A stretch of 64,000 nt of DNA from Patescibacteria group bacterium (GTDB lineage Bacteria > Patescibacteriota > Minisyncoccia > UBA6257 > UBA9933). The stretch spans positions 92,061 through 156,060 of the forward strand of contig JBBTPY010000001.1 in assembly GCA_038065955.1 (NCBI GenBank), written 5' to 3'. How positions within the stretch are numbered: the first letter of the stretch is position 1; every line of letters starts with the position of its first letter. Shown piece by piece: positions 41,172 to 49,519 of this stretch. The notes beneath the pieces are model-generated. The model did not search any database, was not told the DNA's origin, and worked only from the letters and a program-made list of their open reading frames with translations. The translations under genes and the position numbers were made by a program.

Positions 41172-41493
41172 TTTGTCCTGGGAATGCTAGTGGTAGGCCT
41201 GCAAAGAAATTTTTACCAAGGACAGCATATTATCGCTTGCTAGGTAATATGTCCTCCTTAAAAAAAGGTAAAAGTAGGTGGGGTTCGACTCCTCCCATTC
41301 TTGTCTGATTGGCAAGAACACTGTGTAGGATAGGCGGGAGACTATGAAGTTTAAGCGTCCAGCAAGGGACCACGCGCCAGCGGTAAACTGAGTCGCCGTT
41401 GAAATACCGCCCTTTGTTCAGGAGAAAAACCCGGCAGGCAATTAGTCTAAAGTTAAGACTATGCTGGCCGGAACTAATCAGACTCGGGACAAA
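41172..41493 (+). ncRNA. Unassigned structured RNA: tRNA-like domain plus 23S rRNA L1-stalk-like domain
   Basis: Closing stems TTTGTCCTG/CGGGACAAA and GTCTGATTGG/CTAATCAGAC; D-loop-like AGTGGTA; T-loop TTCGACT; GAACA-C-TGTGTAGGATAGGCGGGAGACTATGAAG...GCCA...GAGTCGCCGTTGAAATACCGCCCT-T-TGTTC. Confidence 0.8.
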
Positions 41494-41503
41494 ATTTTCT
41501 CAT

Positions 41504-41542
41504 GGCCGAAAAGTAATTTATTTACTGAGTAGGCCTTTTTTT
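41504..41542 (+). terminator. Putative intrinsic terminator after the ncRNA
   Basis: GGCC...AGTAA-loop-TTACT...GGCC followed by T7. Confidence 0.6.
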
Positions 41543-41595
41543 ATTTCTAATTTTAAATTTTAACCTTTAAAATAAAAATAATTTGAATAAAAACT

Positions 41596-41637
41596 CAATT
41601 TCGGTTATTTCAACGATAGTTGAAATAACCGAAATTG
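41596..41637. repeat. 42-bp palindrome, copy 1 (central GATA)
   Basis: CAATTTCGGTTATTTCAACGATAGTTGAAATAACCGAAATTG. Confidence 0.92.
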
Positions 41638-41771
41638 TAGAATACAAAAACTATCTGAATAACTATCTAAATACAAAACTATTTTTCATCGACAATATAT
41701 ATAAATTTATATAAAAATGTGAATATTCCACTTAAAAATAAATGCTTCCCGCTTTAAAAATTTCACTAATT

Positions 41772-42365
41772 TTATTTAATTCCGAATTTATTTTTCAAAT
41801 CTAAATCAATGTCTGTCTTTTTAGCAAGTATTATTCTGACATACGGCTTTAAATTAAAAATTTCCACGATAAAATCTATTTCATTTTGGCATTCGTAAGG
41901 ATAAATAAAAACGCTTTTTTGGAGCGGGTAAAACCCTAATTGTTTCAATTTAACCGCCAGCGCGTTTCTTCCCTGTTTAAGATGTTCAGGGATATCGAAA
42001 ATAACCATTCTCCATAATCCATCCCATTGCGACGGTTTTTTTATTTCTATTTTATCTAAATTGTATGTAAGCGCCCGCTTTTTTCCCTCGCTATTTAAAA
42101 CCAAAGTAATTGTATCATTATCATTTTCTTTATAATCAATTAATTTTGACCTGTATAGATTTTTAATCGCTTCGTGGAGGGTGCGTCTATTAATATCTTT
42201 CCATTCTTTTTTCATCCCATCAACAATTCTAAAATACGCATCCGGTCTTTGCGTTAAAGATAAAACCAAGCCGCCCTCCAATAGAAGAAGAATTTTTTGA
42301 GCCACTGGTCCTAATTGTAATCTTTTCCCCTTGTTTCTTTTTATAAAATTTTCATTTCTTTTCAT
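41772..42365 (-). CDS. PaaX-like protein: wHTH plus Cas2-like ferredoxin-fold domain
   Basis: WDGLWRMVIFDIPE...RNAL...LKQLGFYPLQKSVFIYPY. Confidence 0.85.
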   Translation of the reverse strand: MKRNENFIKRNKGKRLQLGPVAQKILLLLEGGLVLSLTQRPDAYFRIVDGMKKEWKDINRRTLHEAIKNLYRSKLIDYKENDNDTITLVLNSEGKKRALTYNLDKIEIKKPSQWDGLWRMVIFDIPEHLKQGRNALAVKLKQLGFYPLQKSVFIYPYECQNEIDFIVEIFNLKPYVRIILAKKTDIDLDLKNKFGIK

Positions 42366-42404
42366 AAAAATCTTTTCATAAAAAATTATAAGAATTATAT
42401 CACA

Positions 42405-42448
42405 TCAATTTCGGTTATTTCAACGATCGTTGAAATAACCGAAATTGA
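42405..42448. repeat. 44-bp perfect palindrome, copy 2
   Basis: TCAATTTCGGTTATTTCAACGA|TCGTTGAAATAACCGAAATTGA. Confidence 0.95.
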
Positions 42449-42475
42449 CTGAAACATTAAATATTCTCCTGTAAA

Positions 42476-42578
42476 CCCCGTTAGAAGCTCACGCGAGACA
42501 TTAAACCCCGTGTTCGCTAAAACAACAGAGAGCATTCATCCCCGCGGCAAGCCACGGGACATTCTGCTTCTAACGGGG
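42476..42578. mobile_element. 103-bp MITE with 13-bp TIRs and TAAA target duplication
   Basis: CCCCGTTAGAAGC...GCTTCTAACGGGG flanked by TAAA on both sides; empty site visible at 54495-54517. Confidence 0.85.
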
Positions 42579-42590
42579 TAAAATTAATAA

Positions 42591-43022
42591 ATGATTATCG
42601 CCGCCAATAAACGAGCGTATTTTGACTACCAAATTCTTGAAACTTTTGAGGCCGGGATTGAATTAAAAGGATTTGAAGTTAAATCAATAAAAAACGGCAG
42701 GATAAACCTCGCCGGTTCTTACGCCGTCATCCGCGATAATCAAGCGTGGCTTCTTAACGCCGATATTCCGGCTTACCAACCGAAGAACGCGCCGAAAAAT
42801 TACGATTCCAAAAGAACGCGGCGGCTTTTACTGAAAAAATTGGAAATAAAAAACTTAATCGGCCGCATTCATGAAAAAGGCTTGACTTTGACTCCTTTAA
42901 AAGTTTATACTAAAAATCACAGAATAAAGATGGAAATCGGGTTAGGGAAAAGCAGAAAAAAAGCGGACAAAAGAGAATTAATAAAGAAAAGGGATGTTAA
43001 ACGAGAAATCAGACGGGAATGA
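42591..43022 (+). CDS. smpB: SsrA-binding protein
   Basis: NKRAYFDY...EAGIELKGFEVKSIK...DKRELIKKRD. Confidence 0.97.
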   Translation: MIIAANKRAYFDYQILETFEAGIELKGFEVKSIKNGRINLAGSYAVIRDNQAWLLNADIPAYQPKNAPKNYDSKRTRRLLLKKLEIKNLIGRIHEKGLTLTPLKVYTKNHRIKMEIGLGKSRKKADKRELIKKRDVKREIRRE

Positions 43023-43373
43023 CAGGAATCGATGACAGCACTTTTATAAAATCGCAAGCCGAGGACGATTCGTCACCTCGTCAATCATCGAATCAAAATC
43101 ATATCTGCCAAAAACAGATTAGCCAATTATTTGGCTCCCGCTTTCGCTTTCGCCTAAGCGGCATCCGCTTTTAATCGCTTGAATTAAAAGACCGGGTGTA
43201 ATATTTTAAGCTATGGTTGATGTTCCGCCGAAAACATCTGCTGAAAATTATCGGCAAAGAGTTTTGAAGATTTCGTTAAGTTTTAACTTCTAAATTCTAT
43301 ATCCTAACTTGACTAAGCTCGTAGAAATTTTATAAATTTATTGTCAGACGGGGCTTCAATGCCCCCATTTCCA
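43015..43373 (+). ncRNA. ssrA: tmRNA
   Basis: Acceptor GGGAATG/CATTTCC-A with G3:U70; tag frame 43107-43157 AKNRLANYLAPAFAFA*; directly after smpB. Confidence 0.9.
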
Positions 43374-43390
43374 CACAAATTTAAAAATTA

Positions 43391-43897
43391 ATTATTATTA
43401 ATTATCGCATCAACAATCAAATAAAGGCGATTGAGCTTAGAGTCGTTGACGAAACCGGACAGAATTTGGGAATTATGCCGCTTGAGGCGGCATTAAAATT
43501 GGCGACCGAAAAAGGAATAGACTTGATTGAAATCGCGCCGACGGCCAAGCCGCCGGTCGCCAAAATAATCAGCTACGATAAATTTCGCTACCAGAAAGAA
43601 AAAGAGCTGAAAAAACAAAAGGCCGCCCAAAAAACCAGCGAACTGAAACAAATAAGAATCAGCGCCAAGGCCGCCAAAAACGATTTAGAAATTAAAGCCA
43701 AAAAAGCCGTGGAATTTATTAATGAAGGCCATAAAGTCGGGATTATTTTAATATTAAAAGGCCGAGAGAAATATATGAAAGACTGGGCGAGACAAAAATT
43801 AAACGAATTTTTATCAATAATCAACTCTGAATATAAAATCACGATGGAGCCGAAGTTCGGAGGAAGAGGATTAATGACGCAAATAATTAAAAAATGA
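43391..43897 (+). CDS. infC: Translation initiation factor IF-3, non-canonical ATT start
   Basis: In-frame ATT ATT ATT then NYRINNQIKAIELRVVDETGQNLGIM...DLIEIAP...PPVAKI; no upstream ATG before the stop at 43382. Confidence 0.92.
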   Translation: MIINYRINNQIKAIELRVVDETGQNLGIMPLEAALKLATEKGIDLIEIAPTAKPPVAKIISYDKFRYQKEKELKKQKAAQKTSELKQIRISAKAAKNDLEIKAKKAVEFINEGHKVGIILILKGREKYMKDWARQKLNEFLSIINSEYKITMEPKFGGRGLMTQIIKK

Positions 43898-44049
43898 AAA
43901 AGTCAATTTCCAATAGAATAAAAATTACAAAAACGGGTAAAGTTTTAAGACGAACAATGGGCATCGGCCATTGCCGCGCCAAAAAAAGAAGCGCTCAAAT
44001 TCAAAGAAAAAAATGTTTCAGGGGAATTAATGTCGGGAAAATAATATGA
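43894..44049 (+). CDS. rpmI: 50S ribosomal protein L35
   Basis: MKKSISNRIKITKTGKVLRR...GHCRAKK between infC and rplT. Confidence 0.9.
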   Translation: MKKSISNRIKITKTGKVLRRTMGIGHCRAKKRSAQIQRKKCFRGINVGKII

Positions 44050-44390
44050 CCAGAGTAAAACGAGGGAAAACAGCGCATAAAAAACGCGAAAAAATATTAA
44101 AATACACTAAGGGATTCAAGTGGGGGCGCAAATCAAAAGAACGCGCCGCCAAAGAAGCTCTATTACACGCATGGACGCACGCTTTCCGCGGCCGAAAAGA
44201 AAAGAAAAGAAATTACCGCCAATTATGGAATGTTCAAATTAACGCCGGCGCGCGCGCAATCGGTTTAAATTACAACAAACTAATCGCCGGATTAAAAAAA
44301 CAAAATATCCTGTTAGACAGAAAAATTTTGGCCGACTTGGCTAAAACCGAACCGAAAGTGTTTGAAAAAATTGTGGAAAAAATAAAATAA
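44046..44390 (+). CDS. rplT: 50S ribosomal protein L20
   Basis: MTRVKRG...LDRKILADLA. Confidence 0.97.
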   Translation: MTRVKRGKTAHKKREKILKYTKGFKWGRKSKERAAKEALLHAWTHAFRGRKEKKRNYRQLWNVQINAGARAIGLNYNKLIAGLKKQNILLDRKILADLAKTEPKVFEKIVEKIK

Positions 44391-44419
44391 AAGGTATTCT
44401 TCTAACGACTTTTGAAACT

Positions 44420-44869
44420 TTATTTAAGAAGAAAGTCGTGCGCTTGCGTCAAAACTTTCTGGCTATCTTTGTGTTTTAACAATATTTTAATCGCTTCTTT
44501 ATAAGTGAACCAGGCAAATCCTTCATGTGGCTGGCCTTCTTTTTTATTGGAAATCAAAACGATTTTTTTGTCCGTCTGCGCCAGATAAAAAATGACTATT
44601 TTAAAAACCCTGACATTTTTTTCGTTTATGCGACGCCAAAAAGAAAATTTTTCGCTTACTTTAAAATTATTGACGAATTTCAAATCATTGCGATTAAGAC
44701 CGGTTTCTTCTTTGGTTTCCCGCACCGCGGCCTGAAAACTTTTTTCCTCGCTTTCAATTTTGCCTTTCGGAAAATTCCAATAGCCGCGACCGTGATAAAG
44801 AAGCAAAAATTTAGGCCCATCTTCTGTTTTACGATAAATAATTATTCCGGCGGAAATCTCTCTTAACAT
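44420..44869 (-). CDS. NUDIX hydrolase (Ap4A hydrolase-like)
   Basis: WNFPKGKIE...AAVRETKEETGL. Confidence 0.9.
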   Translation of the reverse strand: MLREISAGIIIYRKTEDGPKFLLLYHGRGYWNFPKGKIESEEKSFQAAVRETKEETGLNRNDLKFVNNFKVSEKFSFWRRINEKNVRVFKIVIFYLAQTDKKIVLISNKKEGQPHEGFAWFTYKEAIKILLKHKDSQKVLTQAHDFLLK

Positions 44870-44872
44870 ATT

Positions 44873-46621
44873 TTATTTTAACATAGAAAGCATTTTCTCG
44901 GCAGACCAACAATTAATAATGTCATTTTTTGCCGCCCAACCGCGGCGAGCCTGAAAAATGCCATATTCCATAAAATTCATTTGTTCTTTTTGATGGGCAT
45001 CCGTATTAATAATCATTTTAACGCCAATTTCTTTTGCCTTTCTAATGTTTTTATCATTTAAATCAAGCCTGTAAGGATTGGCGTTGATTTCCAAAATCGT
45101 GCCGGTTTCTTTGGCGACTTTTAAAATTTTAGCGAAATCAATCTCGTATTCGTCTCTTTGTTTCAAAATCCGGCCGGTTGGGTGGGAAATTATGTCAACA
45201 TTCGGATTTTCCATCGCCTTAATAATCCTTTCGGTCATTTTTTCTTTCGTCATTTTCATCTGCGAATGAACGCCGGCGATGACATAATCAAGTTTTGCCA
45301 GCGCTTCGTCGGAAATATCAATTGAGCCGTCGGATAAAATATTAGCTTCACAGCCGTGTAATACACGACATTTGACACCTGACATTTGACATTTGACATT
45401 AATTTTATCAATTTCTTTTCGTTGCTCCGCTAATTGTTTTTCGTCCAAGCCATGTTCAATCGCCAAAAACTTCGTATGGTCGGAAATGCCGACATATTCA
45501 TAACCCATCGCCATTGCCGTTTCAATAATTTTTTCAATCATCTCCGGTCCTTTGCCGCTCCCCCAATGCGAATGGCAGTGAAGGTCGCCTTTTATATCTT
45601 TCGGCCTAATAAGTTTCGGAAGACCGTTGGACTTGCCCTGAGCTTGCCGAAGGGCCGCCTCAATCTCGCCCTGATTTTCCCGGAGTTCCGGCGAAATCCA
45701 TCTAAGCCCCAGTTTTTCGTAAATTTCTTCTTCGTTTTCTCCGGCAATCATTTTCGCTCCGCGAAACAGGCCGTATTCCGAAAGTTTCAAACCTTTTTCA
45801 ATCGCGATTTTCCGCAAAACTATATTGTGCTCTTTGGAGCCGGTGAAATACTGAAGCGCGGAGCCGTAAGATTTTTCCGGAACCACGCGAATATCCATAT
45901 CATACCCATCTTCAAACCGAACCGAAGTTTTAGTTTTTCCTTTGCCCCAAATTTTGACGATGCCGGGAAGCGAAACGAAAAAAATCATCACTTTTTCCGG
46001 ATTATCGGAAACCACCAAAAAATCAACATCGCCTATCGTTTCTTTCCGCCGGCGAATTGAACCGCAAGCAACCGCTTTTTTCACTTCTTTGATTCCATTT
46101 AATTTTTTCTCTATTTCACCGACAAGCGGCAAAATTTCGCCGAGTAAAAACCTGCCTTTGTCTCTTTTTAAAAACTCTATTCCTTCCAGAATGTTTTTCT
46201 CCGTTTTTTCTCCGAATCCGAAGAGCGACGCGATTTTATGGGATTTGGCGGCTTTCTCCAAATCTTTCAGATTTTTAATTCCCAATTTTTCGTAAAGAAT
46301 TTTGGCTTTTTTCACGCCCATTCCTTCGACTTTAACGATATTGTCCAAATCAATCGGAATTTTCTTTTTAAATTTTTCATATTCTTTGATTTTTCCGGTT
46401 TTCAGATATTCTTCAATTTTCTTGGCGATTCCTTCGCCGACGCCCGGAATTTCTTTAAGCGCGTTTACGCCGCCTCTTTGATAAATATCTTTCACGCTTT
46501 CTTTTAGAGATTCAACCGCTATCGCCGCTTTTTGATAAGCGTACGGCTTAAAAGCCACGCCTTCCATCTCCAGATAATCGGCGAGTTCGTAGAATATTTT
46601 TGCGAGGTCTCGATTTATCAC
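44873..46621 (-). CDS. polX: DNA polymerase X with PHP exonuclease domain
   Basis: GSIRRRKETIGDVDFL, QYFTGSKEHN, DLHCHS, SHPTGR, TDAH. Confidence 0.95.
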   Translation of the reverse strand: MINRDLAKIFYELADYLEMEGVAFKPYAYQKAAIAVESLKESVKDIYQRGGVNALKEIPGVGEGIAKKIEEYLKTGKIKEYEKFKKKIPIDLDNIVKVEGMGVKKAKILYEKLGIKNLKDLEKAAKSHKIASLFGFGEKTEKNILEGIEFLKRDKGRFLLGEILPLVGEIEKKLNGIKEVKKAVACGSIRRRKETIGDVDFLVVSDNPEKVMIFFVSLPGIVKIWGKGKTKTSVRFEDGYDMDIRVVPEKSYGSALQYFTGSKEHNIVLRKIAIEKGLKLSEYGLFRGAKMIAGENEEEIYEKLGLRWISPELRENQGEIEAALRQAQGKSNGLPKLIRPKDIKGDLHCHSHWGSGKGPEMIEKIIETAMAMGYEYVGISDHTKFLAIEHGLDEKQLAEQRKEIDKINVKCQMSGVKCRVLHGCEANILSDGSIDISDEALAKLDYVIAGVHSQMKMTKEKMTERIIKAMENPNVDIISHPTGRILKQRDEYEIDFAKILKVAKETGTILEINANPYRLDLNDKNIRKAKEIGVKMIINTDAHQKEQMNFMEYGIFQARRGWAAKNDIINCWSAEKMLSMLK

Positions 46622-49161
46622 GATACAAATTTTATTTCTCCGTTTTCCAAAATCGCTTTAACGCCGCTACCTTTGATAATTTCCTCTCTTAAAATTTTTT
46701 CCGCCAAAACAGAACGAATTTTTTCGGAAATAACGCCGCGCAAAGACCTTGCGCCAAAAACCGGGTCGTAGCCAAGTTCAGCGATACGTTTAATAATTGT
46801 TTCATCAAAATCCAAACTAATGCCATGAGTTTCTTCTAAAGTTTTTGCCAAAGACTTTAATTGAAGTCCGGTAATGGCTTCAATATCATTTGTTGAAAGA
46901 TTTTTAAAAAACACGATTTGGGAAAAACGGTTCAAAAGCTCCGGCTTGAAATATTCGGTCAATTTTTTCTTTAATTCTTCACCTATTTGTTCCATTAATT
47001 TTTTGGCCTCAATTGATTCTTTAATGAAATTAGAATGGGCATTGGAAGTGGCAATAATAATGACATTCGTAAAATCAACAATTCTTCCTAAACTATCGGT
47101 AAGCCGTCCATCATCAAAAACCTGCAAAAATAAATTTAAAATATCTGAATGGGCTTTTTCAAACTCGTCCAGTAAAATCAGACTGTAGGGTTTTTGAATA
47201 ACGGCTTCGGTAAGAGCGCCGGCGATTTTGCCATCCGCCGAACCGATAAACCGACTGATGCTTTCTTTGTTTTGATATTCGCTCATATCAAAACGAATCA
47301 TCATTTTTTCTTCTCCGAATTGAATTTTCGTCAAAATTTTAGATAATTCGGTTTTACCCACACCAGTCGGACCCACGAATAAAAACGAAGCAATCGGCCC
47401 GCCTTGGCGCGACAAACCGCTGCGGTATTCCCTGAGCGCCCGCGAAACCGCGGAAACGGCCGGTTCCTGGTCAACTAAAAACTCATGAATAATTTTTTCG
47501 AGATTCAATAATTTCTCCGCTTCGTCTTTGCCAGCTTTGTGAATCGGCACGTTGATTTTCCGCTCGGCCACCGCGCTCACATCGTCCGCCTGAAGCAATT
47601 TATCGCCGCGCTGGGAAACATAACTTAAAGATTCTTTTAATAAATCTTCGGCGCTGGAAGGAAGTAATTTATTCCGAAAATATTTATGAGCCAAAATAAC
47701 GGCTTGTTTAATGGCGCCGAAACTGATTGTAATTTTATGCTGCCTTTCCAGAATTACCGCCTCATAAATTAAAAGACGTTCCGCGTCATCCTCGGAAATT
47801 TCTTCAACCCGAATTACTTCAAAAGCGTCGATAAAATCGCTTTTTGGCTCAATCAATTGTTTATATTCCCGCGGGTAAGTGGCGCCAATAAGCGGGAAAG
47901 CGTCGTTATTAATAATAGGTAAAAAAATATCTGAAGGAGAAACCTGACCTTCACCGAAAGTCTTCGCCAGATTATGAATGTCCGGAATATATAAAATCAC
48001 GTTGCCGGCCGAAACAATTTCATCGGCTATCTTGTTAAACCGCGCCGAAATTTCGCCGGCCGCGGCGCCGGAAACTAAACGGCCGATTTCCAAAGACACC
48101 AGCCGCTTATCAAAAATCGCTTCCGGCACTTCATCTTTAATAATGCCAAAAGCTAAAGCCGCCACAACAGTCTCCTTTCCGCTGCCCGGCTCGCCTACAA
48201 TAAGCGCATTCGGTTTTATCGTTCGAGATAAAATATCAACCAGTCTGTCATATTCTTGCTTGTGGCCGATTAAAAATCCAATACTGCCTTCCCGCGCCAA
48301 ATCGGTAAAATCAACGCCATATTTATCTAATGTCGGCGTCGGTCTGGCGGTCCAAGCCCTGTTCATCGGTCGATGGCGAAGTTTAAACGGATGGCGCGCA
48401 AAAGCGCCGAGCAATTTCGGCAAACGGTTGAAACGATTGAAACGGCTGAAAATCACCGCTTTTTCCAAATCCGCCGGATTGATTTCAAATAAATTAAAAA
48501 GACGATTGATATTTTTATTATTTGCCCCAGACAGCGCCGCGAATAAATCGCGAGGGTCAATAAAACTATTTTTGGCGTTAATCGCCTGAATAAAAGCCAA
48601 TTTTACTAAATTCCCCGCTTTTAAAAATAAATCTTCCGCCGAATTTTTTATTTTTTTATTTTCTTCAAGCTCAATAAATTCTTCTATTTTCGCCGCAAAT
48701 TCATTAATATCCGCATCCATCCGCGAAAGCCCTTTTTTTATCTCCGGTAATCTGATTAAAAATCTGATTAAATACAGATAAAAATCGCCGCCGACAATCA
48801 GCGCCTTATCGGATGATTTTTCTAATATTGAAAAGCTGGCCGGTGAAAGATAATAAGCCGCGTTAAACATCGGCGATTGAACGACGCCTAAATTTTCTTT
48901 TCGCCGGCTAAGACGAGGAAGATACCTCAAAAAACTCACCGTTGATCTTTCGGCCTGCCCAAAATGAATCAGGCGGTCTCCCAGAAATAATAAAATCAAA
49001 ACCCCAAGCCAAAATAAACGCTTCACGTCGGATAAAATAAAAGTTGCGGCCGCCGCCGTTAAGACCGCGTAAATTAAATAAATAATCAAACGGACAAAAA
49101 ACCGGCCGGCAAAATTCATCTTCAGCCGCGGCTCGAAAAAATATAAATTATTAAAATCCAT
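46618..49161 (-). CDS. ClpA/B/C-family AAA+ ATPase with N-terminal membrane anchor
   Basis: Two TM segments; GEPGSGKE; GPTGVGKTE, FDMSEY, LLDEFEKAH, DDGRLTD, PELLNRF. Confidence 0.9.
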   Translation of the reverse strand: MDFNNLYFFEPRLKMNFAGRFFVRLIIYLIYAVLTAAAATFILSDVKRLFWLGVLILLFLGDRLIHFGQAERSTVSFLRYLPRLSRRKENLGVVQSPMFNAAYYLSPASFSILEKSSDKALIVGGDFYLYLIRFLIRLPEIKKGLSRMDADINEFAAKIEEFIELEENKKIKNSAEDLFLKAGNLVKLAFIQAINAKNSFIDPRDLFAALSGANNKNINRLFNLFEINPADLEKAVIFSRFNRFNRLPKLLGAFARHPFKLRHRPMNRAWTARPTPTLDKYGVDFTDLAREGSIGFLIGHKQEYDRLVDILSRTIKPNALIVGEPGSGKETVVAALAFGIIKDEVPEAIFDKRLVSLEIGRLVSGAAAGEISARFNKIADEIVSAGNVILYIPDIHNLAKTFGEGQVSPSDIFLPIINNDAFPLIGATYPREYKQLIEPKSDFIDAFEVIRVEEISEDDAERLLIYEAVILERQHKITISFGAIKQAVILAHKYFRNKLLPSSAEDLLKESLSYVSQRGDKLLQADDVSAVAERKINVPIHKAGKDEAEKLLNLEKIIHEFLVDQEPAVSAVSRALREYRSGLSRQGGPIASFLFVGPTGVGKTELSKILTKIQFGEEKMMIRFDMSEYQNKESISRFIGSADGKIAGALTEAVIQKPYSLILLDEFEKAHSDILNLFLQVFDDGRLTDSLGRIVDFTNVIIIATSNAHSNFIKESIEAKKLMEQIGEELKKKLTEYFKPELLNRFSQIVFFKNLSTNDIEAITGLQLKSLAKTLEETHGISLDFDETIIKRIAELGYDPVFGARSLRGVISEKIRSVLAEKILREEIIKGSGVKAILENGEIKFVS

Positions 49162-49168
49162 AATTTTT

Positions 49169-49507
49169 CTATTTAAAAATTATCCGATAAACGATATAAA
49201 AAGGAATCGCCAGCCAGACCGCATAAATAAAAACGGCTAAAATAATAAGAATTAAATAAATTAATCCGCTAATTATTAACCTTCCCAATCGGAAAATAAA
49301 CCCCAAAATGTATCCTAAAACGCTGTAATCGCCGTATAGCGGTTTGAATAAATGGCGAAGAGTTATTTTAAAAGCGAAAACTCTGTCAATTTTTTCCAGC
49401 AAAGAAACGACGAAATGAGAATAAATAAAAAAACTCTTGATATACCAATGGCGAAAAAATTCTTTGGTGCGAAATGCCAAACGATTAAAAAGATAAACAA
49501 ATAACAT
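49169..49507 (-). CDS. Hypothetical membrane protein upstream of the Clp ATPase
   Basis: Hydrophobic C-terminal half; TLRHLFKPLYGDY. Confidence 0.7.
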   Translation of the reverse strand: MLFVYLFNRLAFRTKEFFRHWYIKSFFIYSHFVVSLLEKIDRVFAFKITLRHLFKPLYGDYSVLGYILGFIFRLGRLIISGLIYLILIILAVFIYAVWLAIPFYIVYRIIFK

Positions 49508-49519
49508 AATCGACAGCCG

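Noticed and set aside
41316-41419. Calling this a 23S rRNA gene or rRNA pseudogene
   Set aside because: Similarity stops at the base of H76 on both sides, and the segment is embedded in non-rRNA stems that close around it.
41172-41493. Calling this RNase P RNA, a T-box or a real tRNA
   Set aside because: No GAGGAAAGTCC/P4 signature, no T-box AGGGTGGNACCGCG motif, no downstream same-strand gene, and no 7-nt anticodon loop or free CCA end.
41772-42365. CRISPR-Cas locus based on Cas2-like motifs
   Set aside because: No cas1, effector genes or repeat-spacer array in the window; the N-terminal wHTH fits the PaaX-like family.
45434-48589. Long antisense ORFs (208 aa and 203 aa) and similar shadows across the window
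   Set aside because: They lie opposite well-supported genes and have no motifs of their own.
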